This document shows, piece by piece, positions 31,906 through 41,927 of a stretch of 64,000 bases of DNA. The position numbers and the translations under genes are program-made. The notes beneath the pieces were generated by a model, which was not told the DNA's origin, did no database searches, and saw nothing but the letters and a program-made list of their open reading frames with translations. This stretch comes from Tortispora ganteri. Its lineage: Eukaryota. The number at the start of each line of letters is the position of its first letter. The stretch's first letter is position 1. The DNA is taken from NCBI GenBank assembly GCA_003707115.1, contig PPNB01000003.1:496001-560000 (forward strand). Direction: 5' to 3'.

Positions 31906-34900
31906 ATGAATACATCAGCAGCAAATGAATCCATTGAATTAAACCCCTTGACTGTTCCTTCGCCTGTGAATCAGTCTAGGCGGTCATCATCGCCTCGTCG
32001 CTCACTTTCACTTCACTTGTTATATGAATCCAATACTCCTCGATGCGATCAATTATCTCAGATTTCATCTAATATACCCGTACATCAGCCAATCATCAAT
32101 TCTCAAACCCCTAGCATTTCAGTACCCCCTCCTCACAGTATCAAAATCACTTCCACTCGTTTGCGCAAACTACTTAAAGCAATTTTCACAGATACATGTG
32201 TTCGCATACTTGTTTCTAATCAGCCTTCTGTCTATGAGGTTCCTCGTCCTTTTCTACCCCACACAATTCCTCCAGCGGTTTTAGAGTCGATCGCTGCGTC
32301 ATCCACTACACCTGAAGAGACTTGCTTAACTTCATCCCCTACATACATTGGTACTGCCGAGAAAAAGATCGTTGCGTACGAAACAGATAATCTACAGTCT
32401 TCACTTTCTGCATCTTTGTCTTATTTGACTCACCAGCCTACACCTCCCCTTATAATCCCTGGTCGCTCTCTCGGCTTTATATCTTCAAGCAACAAACTAC
32501 GTGTATTTTGTTGTCGCATGCTAGCATCTTCCTTATATCTTTATATTTCTTTAGCATTCTTGATTCTGTACATTGTCTGCTTGCTCTACGGTGCCTCTAC
32601 AAACTCAAACGAAGATCTTCAATCTATTATTGATAACTTCGGTATCATATGGTACGACTGGGTATCTTTCGTTTGCTTTGTATTTTTTACACTTGAGATG
32701 GTGCTCAAAATATTTGTTCAAGGTTTTATATTTAACCCGCCAGTGGACCGCAATTCCGCTAAGAAATCTCTAAGTTCGAAACGGACGGGCTCTCCTGTTG
32801 ATATCTGGTATGCTATCCGATACGCAATAGAGTATTTCCTTTCTACTTCACTGGACATCCCGTTTTTGCGTGAAGATTTTAGTGACCCTTCACTTTCATC
32901 CGAATCCTCTGAGTCCGTGAATGACAAAAATGAAGAGGGAACACCATTATCATCAAGAAAAGATACTAGCACCGGTATTTTACCTCAAACTTGTACATAC
33001 AGTGAGTTTCAAGACACTGTATGGGTAAATGATCCTGTGATAGATACTATTGTTCGAAGAGCTTACTTAAGACACAGTTGGAACAGAATAGACTTCTTTT
33101 CCATTGTTTCCTACTGGATCTGGGTAGTCCTTTACCTTGCTGTTGATACACCGTCAACAATGGACTTTGCTCAAAGAACGGCCTTTCTAAGGCTATTCAT
33201 GGCTCTTAAAATTCTTCGGTTTCTTAACCTAACTCCTCAAACTAGTGCAATAATTCGTGCTTTGAAACGTTCAGGCCCATTTTTACTCAACGCTGCTATT
33301 TTTGTCATATTCGTCAGCATCATCTTTTCTATTTTGGGCATAGATGCATTTTCAAATTCATATTCTCGTGTTTGTGTTTGGTTTGATCCAGAAGGCAATG
33401 AAGAACCTTACAATACTACTCAGCTATGTGGTTCGCAAAGATCTAGCCTTACCTCACCACCAGAACCGTACGTATATATAGACGGTGCTTCTTCTGGTGT
33501 TTCTAAGGGATATACATGTCCTTATTACTCTCAGTGTATCAGTTCCGAAGCTCACACCGATATGTTTCCTATTACCTTTGAGAATATCTTCAGCTCATTT
33601 GTGCAAGTATTTATCGTGCTTTTCAAGGAGGGTTTTTCATCTTATATGTATCAAATGATGGATAGTGACTACGCTATTGCTAGCCTTTTCTATGTTTTTT
33701 CTGTACTTATTCTTTCCTTGTGGTTAATGAACCTGTTTATCGCTGTCATCAACGCATCCTTTGCTGCTCTAAATGAAGAGAGTAAAGAAAATATGATGAC
33801 TGGTGAAACCGAAGAAGCAGTAAAAAAGCACAAGAAATTGGCTTTCTTACGCAAGAAAAATGAATCAAAGGCTCTTAAGCTTTATAGAAAGACAGAGATA
33901 CTATGGGCTGGTATTATCCTATTCAGCATAGTGGCCAAATGCACTCTGGCCTTTTCTATGAATGTTAAGCGCTCTGACTTTATTATCTACTCCGATACTA
34001 TCACTACTTCAATTTTGGCCTTTGAAGTTTTCCTGCGTTTTTTATTTTATTATCCACGCTTTTATTCATTTTTCTATGAGTTCAAAAACATTCTTGATCT
34101 TTTTTTGGCGGTCATTACTACCATATCTATCACACCAATTATAAGCAATGATTTCATGCTTTATGGGTTTTTCAGCTTCTTTCAGATCTTTAGGTTTTAC
34201 AGGGTCATTCTGCTTACTCCGTTTATTCGATCTACTTGGAGTCGGATAGCAACTGGTTGGAGAGGTTTGATTAATATATCTGTATTCATTGGTCTTGTCT
34301 TGATACTATTCACTGTACTAGCAATTCAGATGTATCATGGTCTTGTTTCAAACGAAGACGATCCTGATAACAAGTATGGTAATTTCAGAGATTTTGGAAG
34401 CACTATTCTAACCATGTACATTGTGTTTACAACAGAGAGTTGGAATGAAATTTTAGAAAATATAATCGAAGCTCAATCTTCATATGGCGTCGCTTTTATG
34501 TCTGTTATCTTTCTCATGGGCTGGATTCTGTTTTCAAATTCTATTGTATTGAACTTGTATGTTGCCCTGATCAATGCCGCATTCAACTATACGGAGGAAC
34601 AGAAACGAAGACTGCAATTACAATATTACGTCATAGGCACGTTTTCCAGTTCATCAGATGAGGTTTACCAGAGGTATAGTACAGCATTTTTGTTTTGGAA
34701 TAAAAAAGAAGAAAAGAAAAAAGACTTCTCTACTGCTTTTGACTCTTATCAATTGCTTTTAGAGCAACGTATAATCAGCGATTTTTGCGCACATGTTAAT
34801 CATATTCCTGACCCTGATACAAGCGATGATTGGAAGTGGGTAACTAATTTTTTTCGAAAGTTTCAGAATACAGTGTTTCCTTCATTCTGGAAACATTTCA

Positions 34901-37900
34901 CTGATAACCCTTTTAATCACAACGAGGAGAGCCATATCTTGGAGCGTCTTAAGCACATTGATCAGTCTTCTTTTGCCCATCAGGCCCTAGACATTCAACA
35001 AACTATCAAATCAGAAAGAGAATCATACTTAAAGAAGCACCCTAATTTTAACAGAACTTTGTTTCTGTTAAAGCCGAACAACCCTATAAGACGATTTTGC
35101 CAGAGTTTAGTGCTACCTTCTATAGGCGTTCGTTATGACGGAATATACCCCTCTCAATTAGTATTCAGAGTATTTACCTTGATTGTTTGGCTAGCAGTTG
35201 TTACTATGGTTGTCGCACAATGTATAGTTACACCATTGAAAGAGAGAGATCTTAAGATTAACCATCCTGACGGAGTTTTTACAGGTATAGTTATCTCTGA
35301 TTTAGCATGCAGTATTTTCTTTACAATTGAAATGCTAATTCGGCTCATGGCCGATGGAGCTGTGTTCACACCCAATGGATTACTTCGCTCTACTTGGGGT
35401 ATTGTTGATCTTATTGTCGTTTTGTCATTATGGGTCTGCCTTGGAATAGATTTCTATGATAATCCAGAAATTTCGCGTATTTTTCGTGCGCTGAAAGCGT
35501 TGAGGGCTCTTAGACTACTTGATATGTTTGTGGATGCGAAACGTACATTTCACAAAATGATCTTGAAGGGCGTGATTGAGATGATTCCGGCAATGTTGGT
35601 AGCCTCTTCACTACTTATTCCATTTTCAATCTGGGGGTTGTTTTTGCTATGTGGGAGACTATATCATTGTAATGACTCGAGTGTTGATTTGCTCAATGAT
35701 TGTGTTGGTGAGTACTTCAATAGCCCATTTAATTGGGATATCAGAGTTCCACGTGCAGTAATCAATTTTTTTTTCGATTTTGACTCTCTGGCGAGCTCCT
35801 TGAGCTTTTTGTTTACTTTTGCTTCTGGTCAAGGATGGTCTGAAGCACTTAGAGCTTCCATGGCTGTGACTGACTATAGCCACAATTTAATCGAGAATAA
35901 CCGTCCATACTATGGCATGTTTATGATTATATTTGTCTTTTGCTCTCAGGTTTTTATTGTGACATTGCTTATCTCAGTGGTAATTAGCAATTACTCTAAA
36001 TCATCTGGAACTGCTTTCCTTACTGCAGAACAGAGATCTTGGCTGGAGTTGAAGAAGCTCCTAGAAAGTGTGCATCCATTCAGACGTCGACCATTTAGAC
36101 CTAGAAATAAACTAGTCGCGTTCTGCTATGATATATCCAATGACAAGAAAACATGGTGGGAATCATTTATTTCGTCATTGTTATTGATACAAGTTGTGGT
36201 CATGTGTTTGATCTTTTATCCTGCTCCGCCGGTATTAGCTTTAATACGATATATTCTAACTCTCATTCTTATATCTGTTCTTCTTGTCAATTGCGTCATT
36301 AGAATGATTGGTCTGGGTCTTAAGAATTATTACCAGAGCAAATGGGACATCGGTGCAACAATTATTGTATTGGGTTCTTTCATTACCTCTATCATGATAT
36401 TGTCCAGAGACTGGAATTACGCGCTATATAAAGTTCAAGAAGTATTTCTTGTTTGTCTTTTATTGCTCTTTATTCCTAGAATATCTCGTCTTGATCAGCT
36501 TTTTAAGACTGCTCTGTCCAACTTCTCAGTTTTGAGTTCTCTCTTAATCAGCTGGTTTGTGCTCTATATTACCTTTGCTATTGCTTTCAACCAAGTGTTT
36601 GGCATTACTCGTTTAGGAGAGAATGGCAACCACAATAAAAACTTTCGCACTATTCCGAATGCACTATTGATGCTATTTAAAATGAGTTCCGGTGAAAATT
36701 GGAATCAGGACATGGTTGATTATTTTGTTGCCGCTCCTTATTGTGTTAACGGCCGGACCTTTTTGCAAAACGACTGTGGAAGTCGCTCTTGGGCTTTGGC
36801 ACTTTTTATGTCCTGGAACATATTGTCTATGTATATTTTCACAAATATGCTTATCTCGTTTGTAAATGACTCGTTTACATTTGTTTATCAACAAACTAGT
36901 GCCATGGGTCAATTCAGTCGTGATAGATTGAGGTATTTCAAATCTGCATGGGCCAAATTCGATCCCTATAGTACAGGATACACTCATCTACACAACTTAA
37001 TTCCCCTAATGAAGCATCTAGATCATTTTATAGATCTTCATGTCTATGAGCACTCTTTAAGGATGAAACATATTATTAAAGATGTCAGTTTTCAAGAAAG
37101 CTTGAAATCAAATAATGATACAAATATTGCGGACAGCCTCAATAACCTGTTATATTCATTTCCTTCACAGAAGATCAAGGCTCGACGGTTGCTCTTGAAT
37201 GAGTTTTATGCTGAAGCCACATTGAAGTGCTCTGAAAGCAGGAAAGTTCAGTTTAACATTCTTTTGCTACAGTTGCCGTTTTATATCGTTGAAGATTGTG
37301 CTCGCGGTGTTCTCCTGAATGAATTCTTAGAACGTCAAATATTGGTTAGTAAAAGACATTTGCAATACTGTCGTGAAAAGGTGGCTGCATATATCAAAAC
37401 GCACTATTACAGAAAGAAGTACTTGGCTCTTGTTTGCGACGATCTTAAAGACTATGAAAGGCGAAGCCCAACTGCTGGACGACCTGAAGTTACCGTTGTT
37501 GTTAGCGATGTTGAGTCACCTCTAATACCAGATAATAATGAAGGAAACTTTGGTCTACATGATAATCTTCAAGCAGCTCACTCTACCATATCTGGAATAT
37601 CAGATGGTTTAGATAGTTCAATGTTGCTTTCACCTACCAATAATCATGGCCATAATCACCCTTCAGTTACTGACCGCATGCTGGAACTCGGAAGAACTTC
37701 TATACATCAACACCGAGGTCCTAGTACCATGAGTATACCTTCTGATAGTTTTGATTTAGAGTCTGTCTCCGAATCCAACAGTGCCTTGCCTAGGAGCCCA
37801 GTGACCACTTCATCCGAACTCCCTGTCGAATACTACGAAACTCTGGCTCTCTTTGAAGAATCTGGATGGGCCACCGCTCTAAGGAGCGGCGATGACAGTG

Positions 37901-37914
37901 AGATCGAAAGATAG
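31906..37914 (+). CDS. CCH1: Four-domain calcium channel alpha subunit (Cch1/NALCN clade)
   Basis: 2002 aa with four 6-TM repeats: AYLRHSWNRIDF, S4 RALKALRALRL, SGTAFLTAEQRSW, and pore loops KEGF/TESW/GQGW/GENW. Confidence 0.95.
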   Translation: MNTSAANESIELNPLTVPSPVNQSRRSSSPRRSLSLHLLYESNTPRCDQLSQISSNIPVHQPIINSQTPSISVPPPHSIKITSTRLRKLLKAIFTDTCVRILVSNQPSVYEVPRPFLPHTIPPAVLESIAASSTTPEETCLTSSPTYIGTAEKKIVAYETDNLQSSLSASLSYLTHQPTPPLIIPGRSLGFISSSNKLRVFCCRMLASSLYLYISLAFLILYIVCLLYGASTNSNEDLQSIIDNFGIIWYDWVSFVCFVFFTLEMVLKIFVQGFIFNPPVDRNSAKKSLSSKRTGSPVDIWYAIRYAIEYFLSTSLDIPFLREDFSDPSLSSESSESVNDKNEEGTPLSSRKDTSTGILPQTCTYSEFQDTVWVNDPVIDTIVRRAYLRHSWNRIDFFSIVSYWIWVVLYLAVDTPSTMDFAQRTAFLRLFMALKILRFLNLTPQTSAIIRALKRSGPFLLNAAIFVIFVSIIFSILGIDAFSNSYSRVCVWFDPEGNEEPYNTTQLCGSQRSSLTSPPEPYVYIDGASSGVSKGYTCPYYSQCISSEAHTDMFPITFENIFSSFVQVFIVLFKEGFSSYMYQMMDSDYAIASLFYVFSVLILSLWLMNLFIAVINASFAALNEESKENMMTGETEEAVKKHKKLAFLRKKNESKALKLYRKTEILWAGIILFSIVAKCTLAFSMNVKRSDFIIYSDTITTSILAFEVFLRFLFYYPRFYSFFYEFKNILDLFLAVITTISITPIISNDFMLYGFFSFFQIFRFYRVILLTPFIRSTWSRIATGWRGLINISVFIGLVLILFTVLAIQMYHGLVSNEDDPDNKYGNFRDFGSTILTMYIVFTTESWNEILENIIEAQSSYGVAFMSVIFLMGWILFSNSIVLNLYVALINAAFNYTEEQKRRLQLQYYVIGTFSSSSDEVYQRYSTAFLFWNKKEEKKKDFSTAFDSYQLLLEQRIISDFCAHVNHIPDPDTSDDWKWVTNFFRKFQNTVFPSFWKHFTDNPFNHNEESHILERLKHIDQSSFAHQALDIQQTIKSERESYLKKHPNFNRTLFLLKPNNPIRRFCQSLVLPSIGVRYDGIYPSQLVFRVFTLIVWLAVVTMVVAQCIVTPLKERDLKINHPDGVFTGIVISDLACSIFFTIEMLIRLMADGAVFTPNGLLRSTWGIVDLIVVLSLWVCLGIDFYDNPEISRIFRALKALRALRLLDMFVDAKRTFHKMILKGVIEMIPAMLVASSLLIPFSIWGLFLLCGRLYHCNDSSVDLLNDCVGEYFNSPFNWDIRVPRAVINFFFDFDSLASSLSFLFTFASGQGWSEALRASMAVTDYSHNLIENNRPYYGMFMIIFVFCSQVFIVTLLISVVISNYSKSSGTAFLTAEQRSWLELKKLLESVHPFRRRPFRPRNKLVAFCYDISNDKKTWWESFISSLLLIQVVVMCLIFYPAPPVLALIRYILTLILISVLLVNCVIRMIGLGLKNYYQSKWDIGATIIVLGSFITSIMILSRDWNYALYKVQEVFLVCLLLLFIPRISRLDQLFKTALSNFSVLSSLLISWFVLYITFAIAFNQVFGITRLGENGNHNKNFRTIPNALLMLFKMSSGENWNQDMVDYFVAAPYCVNGRTFLQNDCGSRSWALALFMSWNILSMYIFTNMLISFVNDSFTFVYQQTSAMGQFSRDRLRYFKSAWAKFDPYSTGYTHLHNLIPLMKHLDHFIDLHVYEHSLRMKHIIKDVSFQESLKSNNDTNIADSLNNLLYSFPSQKIKARRLLLNEFYAEATLKCSESRKVQFNILLLQLPFYIVEDCARGVLLNEFLERQILVSKRHLQYCREKVAAYIKTHYYRKKYLALVCDDLKDYERRSPTAGRPEVTVVVSDVESPLIPDNNEGNFGLHDNLQAAHSTISGISDGLDSSMLLSPTNNHGHNHPSVTDRMLELGRTSIHQHRGPSTMSIPSDSFDLESVSESNSALPRSPVTTSSELPVEYYETLALFEESGWATALRSGDDSEIER

Positions 37915-38178
37915 TACTGAACAGTATAAGATGCTTAGAACTGTGGAATATTGTCGAAATGGGCATACTAACTACAGCACATCATATGTCCATCTTCGAT
38001 GGCATTTCCCATAATGTATCTACGATAATCCAGAGAAACAAAACTTCTGCATTCACGATGAAACTAAATATTAAGCCATAAAGACAGATAATTAGAGAAA
38101 AAATAATGCCCAGGATAGCACAGAATATGCGTACCTTCGCAGTTTGTTCCGAAGCTTTCACCAGTAATCGATCAAGGA

Positions 38179-38783
<605 letters not shown>

Positions 38784-39132
38784 TTCTTAAATATCGTTAG
38801 TATTGAATTATTATTTAAGGTTCAATAAAGGTTTCTTAGTCTACGCTGCACTTACCAGTTAGGCTGCAAAAATGATAATATGTGCTTGTGTTAAGATGAG
38901 GAAGGTGTTAAAAAGGGTGACTACTGTGCTATGTGTTAAATTATTGAAAGAACAGTTGGGAAAACCTTTCTAGATTATGTTAGTTTCCATAACAACATAC
39001 ACAATTTTCCAACTATCGGTAACTCCATCTGCGCTTATTATGAGAAAGGATAGTACGTTTAGTAAGAAAGTATAAAGTAGCGATTTTTCTAGAGCCTTCT
39101 TCCGGTGCAGAGTTTGAAAAGCTTTACATTTG

Positions 39133-40623
39133 TTAAAGATCAAAATCGGCATCATCCTCTTCGTCTTCGTCGTCAATGTCGCCATCCTGAATCTCATTGG
39201 CCAGTTCACGCTCTCGCTCTAACGCCTCCTGAGCAGATTTAAGCTCCGATTTATGTTCGTTCATAGGATATCTCATAGCTTTGACATACTCATCATGAAG
39301 CGCACCGCAAAATTGTATTCTGTCATGAAAAGCCAATTGAGCCTCATCTGTAATATATACATCTAAAGTTTCTTTGCTCTGCATATATCCTTCGTCATGA
39401 TTCAAGCTAGCCTCTATGACCCTATCTCTGATGGCTCTAGCGACCATATACTCTGCGCTAGCTTCATTATCCAGCTTTAGTCCAATGCATATATCTCTGA
39501 GAGATATTTTAGAGTAAGTCAAACTCATAGTTCTTATTCCAGTTTTAATGACATTTTGCCTCAAGCGCAAAATCAGCGTGTAGGTTCCGTCTCGAATCAG
39601 GGTTGGCTTGTGGGCTTGAACTGTTTTCGAAAACATTTCAAGGTCACCGACACGCACACATTGTGCCACTTCAAAGTAAGGTTTGAGGACACGTTCAAAC
39701 TCAATGCGCCGAAAAACAGAAACATCTGGAATATCTCCGAGCAACAATTCAATAACGATACTGAGTTTATGAGCTGCCTGCAAAAATCCAAAAGCGTGAG
39801 AGCTTTGCGGACATTTGCGAATAGCACCAGTGACATGTTCAAATGCCGCTGAATAATCCAATTGAATGGCACGAATTTTGCTGAGGTAATACAAGTATCT
39901 GCAAGCAAGAGCATTTCCAGCCTGTGGAGGAAATGAGGTCTTAGATACTAGATTATCAGCCATAGTTATGTCATGATTTTGTAGATACAATCGCAAGAGC
40001 AGGGTTATTAAAGAGGCTTGCGATTCTGTATCATGACGCAACGTAGCAGTTCGAAGTGCTGTCAGTTGTTCAGTACAAAGGGCTGCTCGCGACTCGGGTC
40101 CTTGGAGCTCGGCAAGCCTGGATATGTAGAACCAGAGTTTGGCGGCGATAAAATCAACGGTTCGCTTATTGGACTGTTTAAGTCGTGCAATCGCGGCTTC
40201 ACTCACAAGATTAGCATTCTGATAATCTTTTTGGTCCATCAAGTAGACTAAAACCACTAAGTGCATAAATAAATCGACTTCAGGCGATAGTCTAGCAGTG
40301 TGGGTAGAAGAAGCCTTGTCGCCGTTCATATTATCATCCACTTGAACAGATGTGAGCAATATATGATCAGCTGGGTAAAGTACTGACAAGACATGATTCA
40401 AAACATCAGCCGTTATCTGTCTTCGTAGAGCAGGGAATGATCGTAACACCCTCAAAGTAAACCTTTGGTCATAAGAGGTAGCGGTCTGATGAAGTAGCGT
40501 GAAGCTCTTCTTTATGTCTACAACTGAGTTAGCTCATGCAAAAGATTATTAATATATATTCCAAGAATACTTACCCTGGACTACTGATTGGGTGATTTCG
40601 CTCGGTTCAGCAACAGTTGCCAT
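39133..40623 (-). CDS. RPN3: 26S proteasome lid subunit Rpn3; join complement(40575..40623, 39133..40517)
   Basis: A 57-nt intron (GTAAGT...GCTAAC...GTAG) restores DIKKSFTLL..YDQRFTLRVLR. It has a PCI domain and the Rpn3_C motif AFHDRIQFC..LHDEYVKAMRYP. Confidence 0.95.
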
Positions 40624-40788
40624 AGATGTTTAATGAGTGGTCAATTAATTGTTTAAAGGCAAAAGAGAGTTGGGGGTGCGCCATTCAGAGGTAGACACTG
40701 TTGCGAGGTAGTGTATTGTGCGGGGGTTTAGGGTATTACAAGTGGCCAGAATTAAGATGGTAGTGATATCCGCTATTTCGAAACAATA

Positions 40789-40794
40789 ACGCGT
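40789..40794. promoter_or_regulatory. MCB element upstream of the SPC34-like gene
   Basis: ACGCGT about 39 nt before the ATG at 40833. Confidence 0.35.
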
Positions 40795-40832
40795 ATTAAA
40801 AGGCCACGTTATTTTAATAATTTTAAGCGCCA

Positions 40833-41216
40833 ATGGCTATTTCAGATTTACTTTCAGAATTGACCGAATCATCTGTCTCTATATCCACAGCGCAGTTTGT
40901 TAAGCCCGGGCCATTTAGCAATGCGGTCATTAGGCAATCAGATGTGACAGTCCTTTTAAAAGATGCGACGCCAGAAGAGCTAGAACATGTCAACAGCCCA
41001 AGATCAAAAAGACAAATTAATATTGATCCATACATGTGCGTTGATAGAATATGCAATCGTGTTCGCACATTGCTGCAGAAGTGTCCAGACTCAGATTTGC
41101 AGAATCGGCTGGCAATCGTAGAGCAGAAATTAGCGCAGCAAGATCGTCGGTTAGACGATTTAGACAGACAAATAGCGGAAGAAGAAGAGTTATTAAGGTC
41201 GTTTAGTGAGTCATGA
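40833..41216 (+). CDS. SPC34: Probable DASH/Dam1 complex subunit Spc34 (unusually short, 127 aa)
   Basis: SISTAQFVKPGPFSNAVIRQSDVTVLLKDATPEE resembles the Spc34 N-terminal motif (F..P.IF.NA.L....IT.LIRD....E). C-terminal coiled coil ends IAEEEELL. Confidence 0.65.
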   Translation: MAISDLLSELTESSVSISTAQFVKPGPFSNAVIRQSDVTVLLKDATPEELEHVNSPRSKRQINIDPYMCVDRICNRVRTLLQKCPDSDLQNRLAIVEQKLAQQDRRLDDLDRQIAEEEELLRSFSES

Positions 41217-41233
41217 TATCTATCATTGGCCAT

Positions 41234-41779
41234 TCAGCTTGTTTTCGGCTTAAACCTATATGATTTGACGACTTTCACCTGTTCGCGTTTACGTTTCTCG
41301 ATTTCACGCGCATCATTAATTCTCCTGATATAACCCATGTATACTACAACTTCAGCAATAATAATAATGATTCCTGATAACATTGCTAGTAGTAATCGCT
41401 CGCCTAATCGCCAATGTTTAGCCCATGTCCAAACTCCAAGAACCACTGAAGCTGCTGAAACTAAGATATTGATTATTATTGATATTTCATGCTTAGTTTC
41501 TTTAATATTTTCAAATAGAGGCTCTTTTTCCTTCGAATGTATCATTTGCTGGTACTCTTTTTCCTCTAGCTGTATTTTCAGCATTCTCATTCTTTCTCTG
41601 TATTCCTCATTTACTACAGGTTTCGGTTTGGGTGGTAAGTAAATATCTGATCCTCGCACGATATCGTCAAAATTGACATTGTTTTTTTTGCAAATCTCAT
41701 ATAATTCCCTATGTTCTATCCAGTTTTCATGTTTTCCTACCAATTTAATTATGGCTTCTGTAGCTTTGAGCTTCACCAT
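41234..41779 (-). CDS. VMA12: V-ATPase assembly factor Vma12/Vph2 (start 41779; alternative upstream ATG at 41836)
   Basis: VRGSDIYLPPKPKP..EEYRERM..LK..LEEKEYQQM, then two TM helices (IIINILVS...AEVVVYMGY) and a basic C-terminus. Confidence 0.88.
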   Translation of the reverse strand: MVKLKATEAIIKLVGKHENWIEHRELYEICKKNNVNFDDIVRGSDIYLPPKPKPVVNEEYRERMRMLKIQLEEKEYQQMIHSKEKEPLFENIKETKHEISIIINILVSAASVVLGVWTWAKHWRLGERLLLAMLSGIIIIIAEVVVYMGYIRRINDAREIEKRKREQVKVVKSYRFKPKTS

Positions 41780-41927
41780 TCTAAGGACAATAGACAACAC
41801 GGAGGAAGGAGAAATGCAACGGCTAGGGAGGACCATAAATTAATCTCCACAAACATCGCGCAAAGCATTAATATTACAACATTAATAAAAATATATAGTC
41901 ATTTCAATAGTATTTAGTATTATTTCA

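Noticed and set aside
40656..40664. AAGGCAAAA as an Rpn4-site variant upstream of RPN3
   Set aside because: The match is imperfect and only about 33 nt from the ATG, so it is too weak to call.
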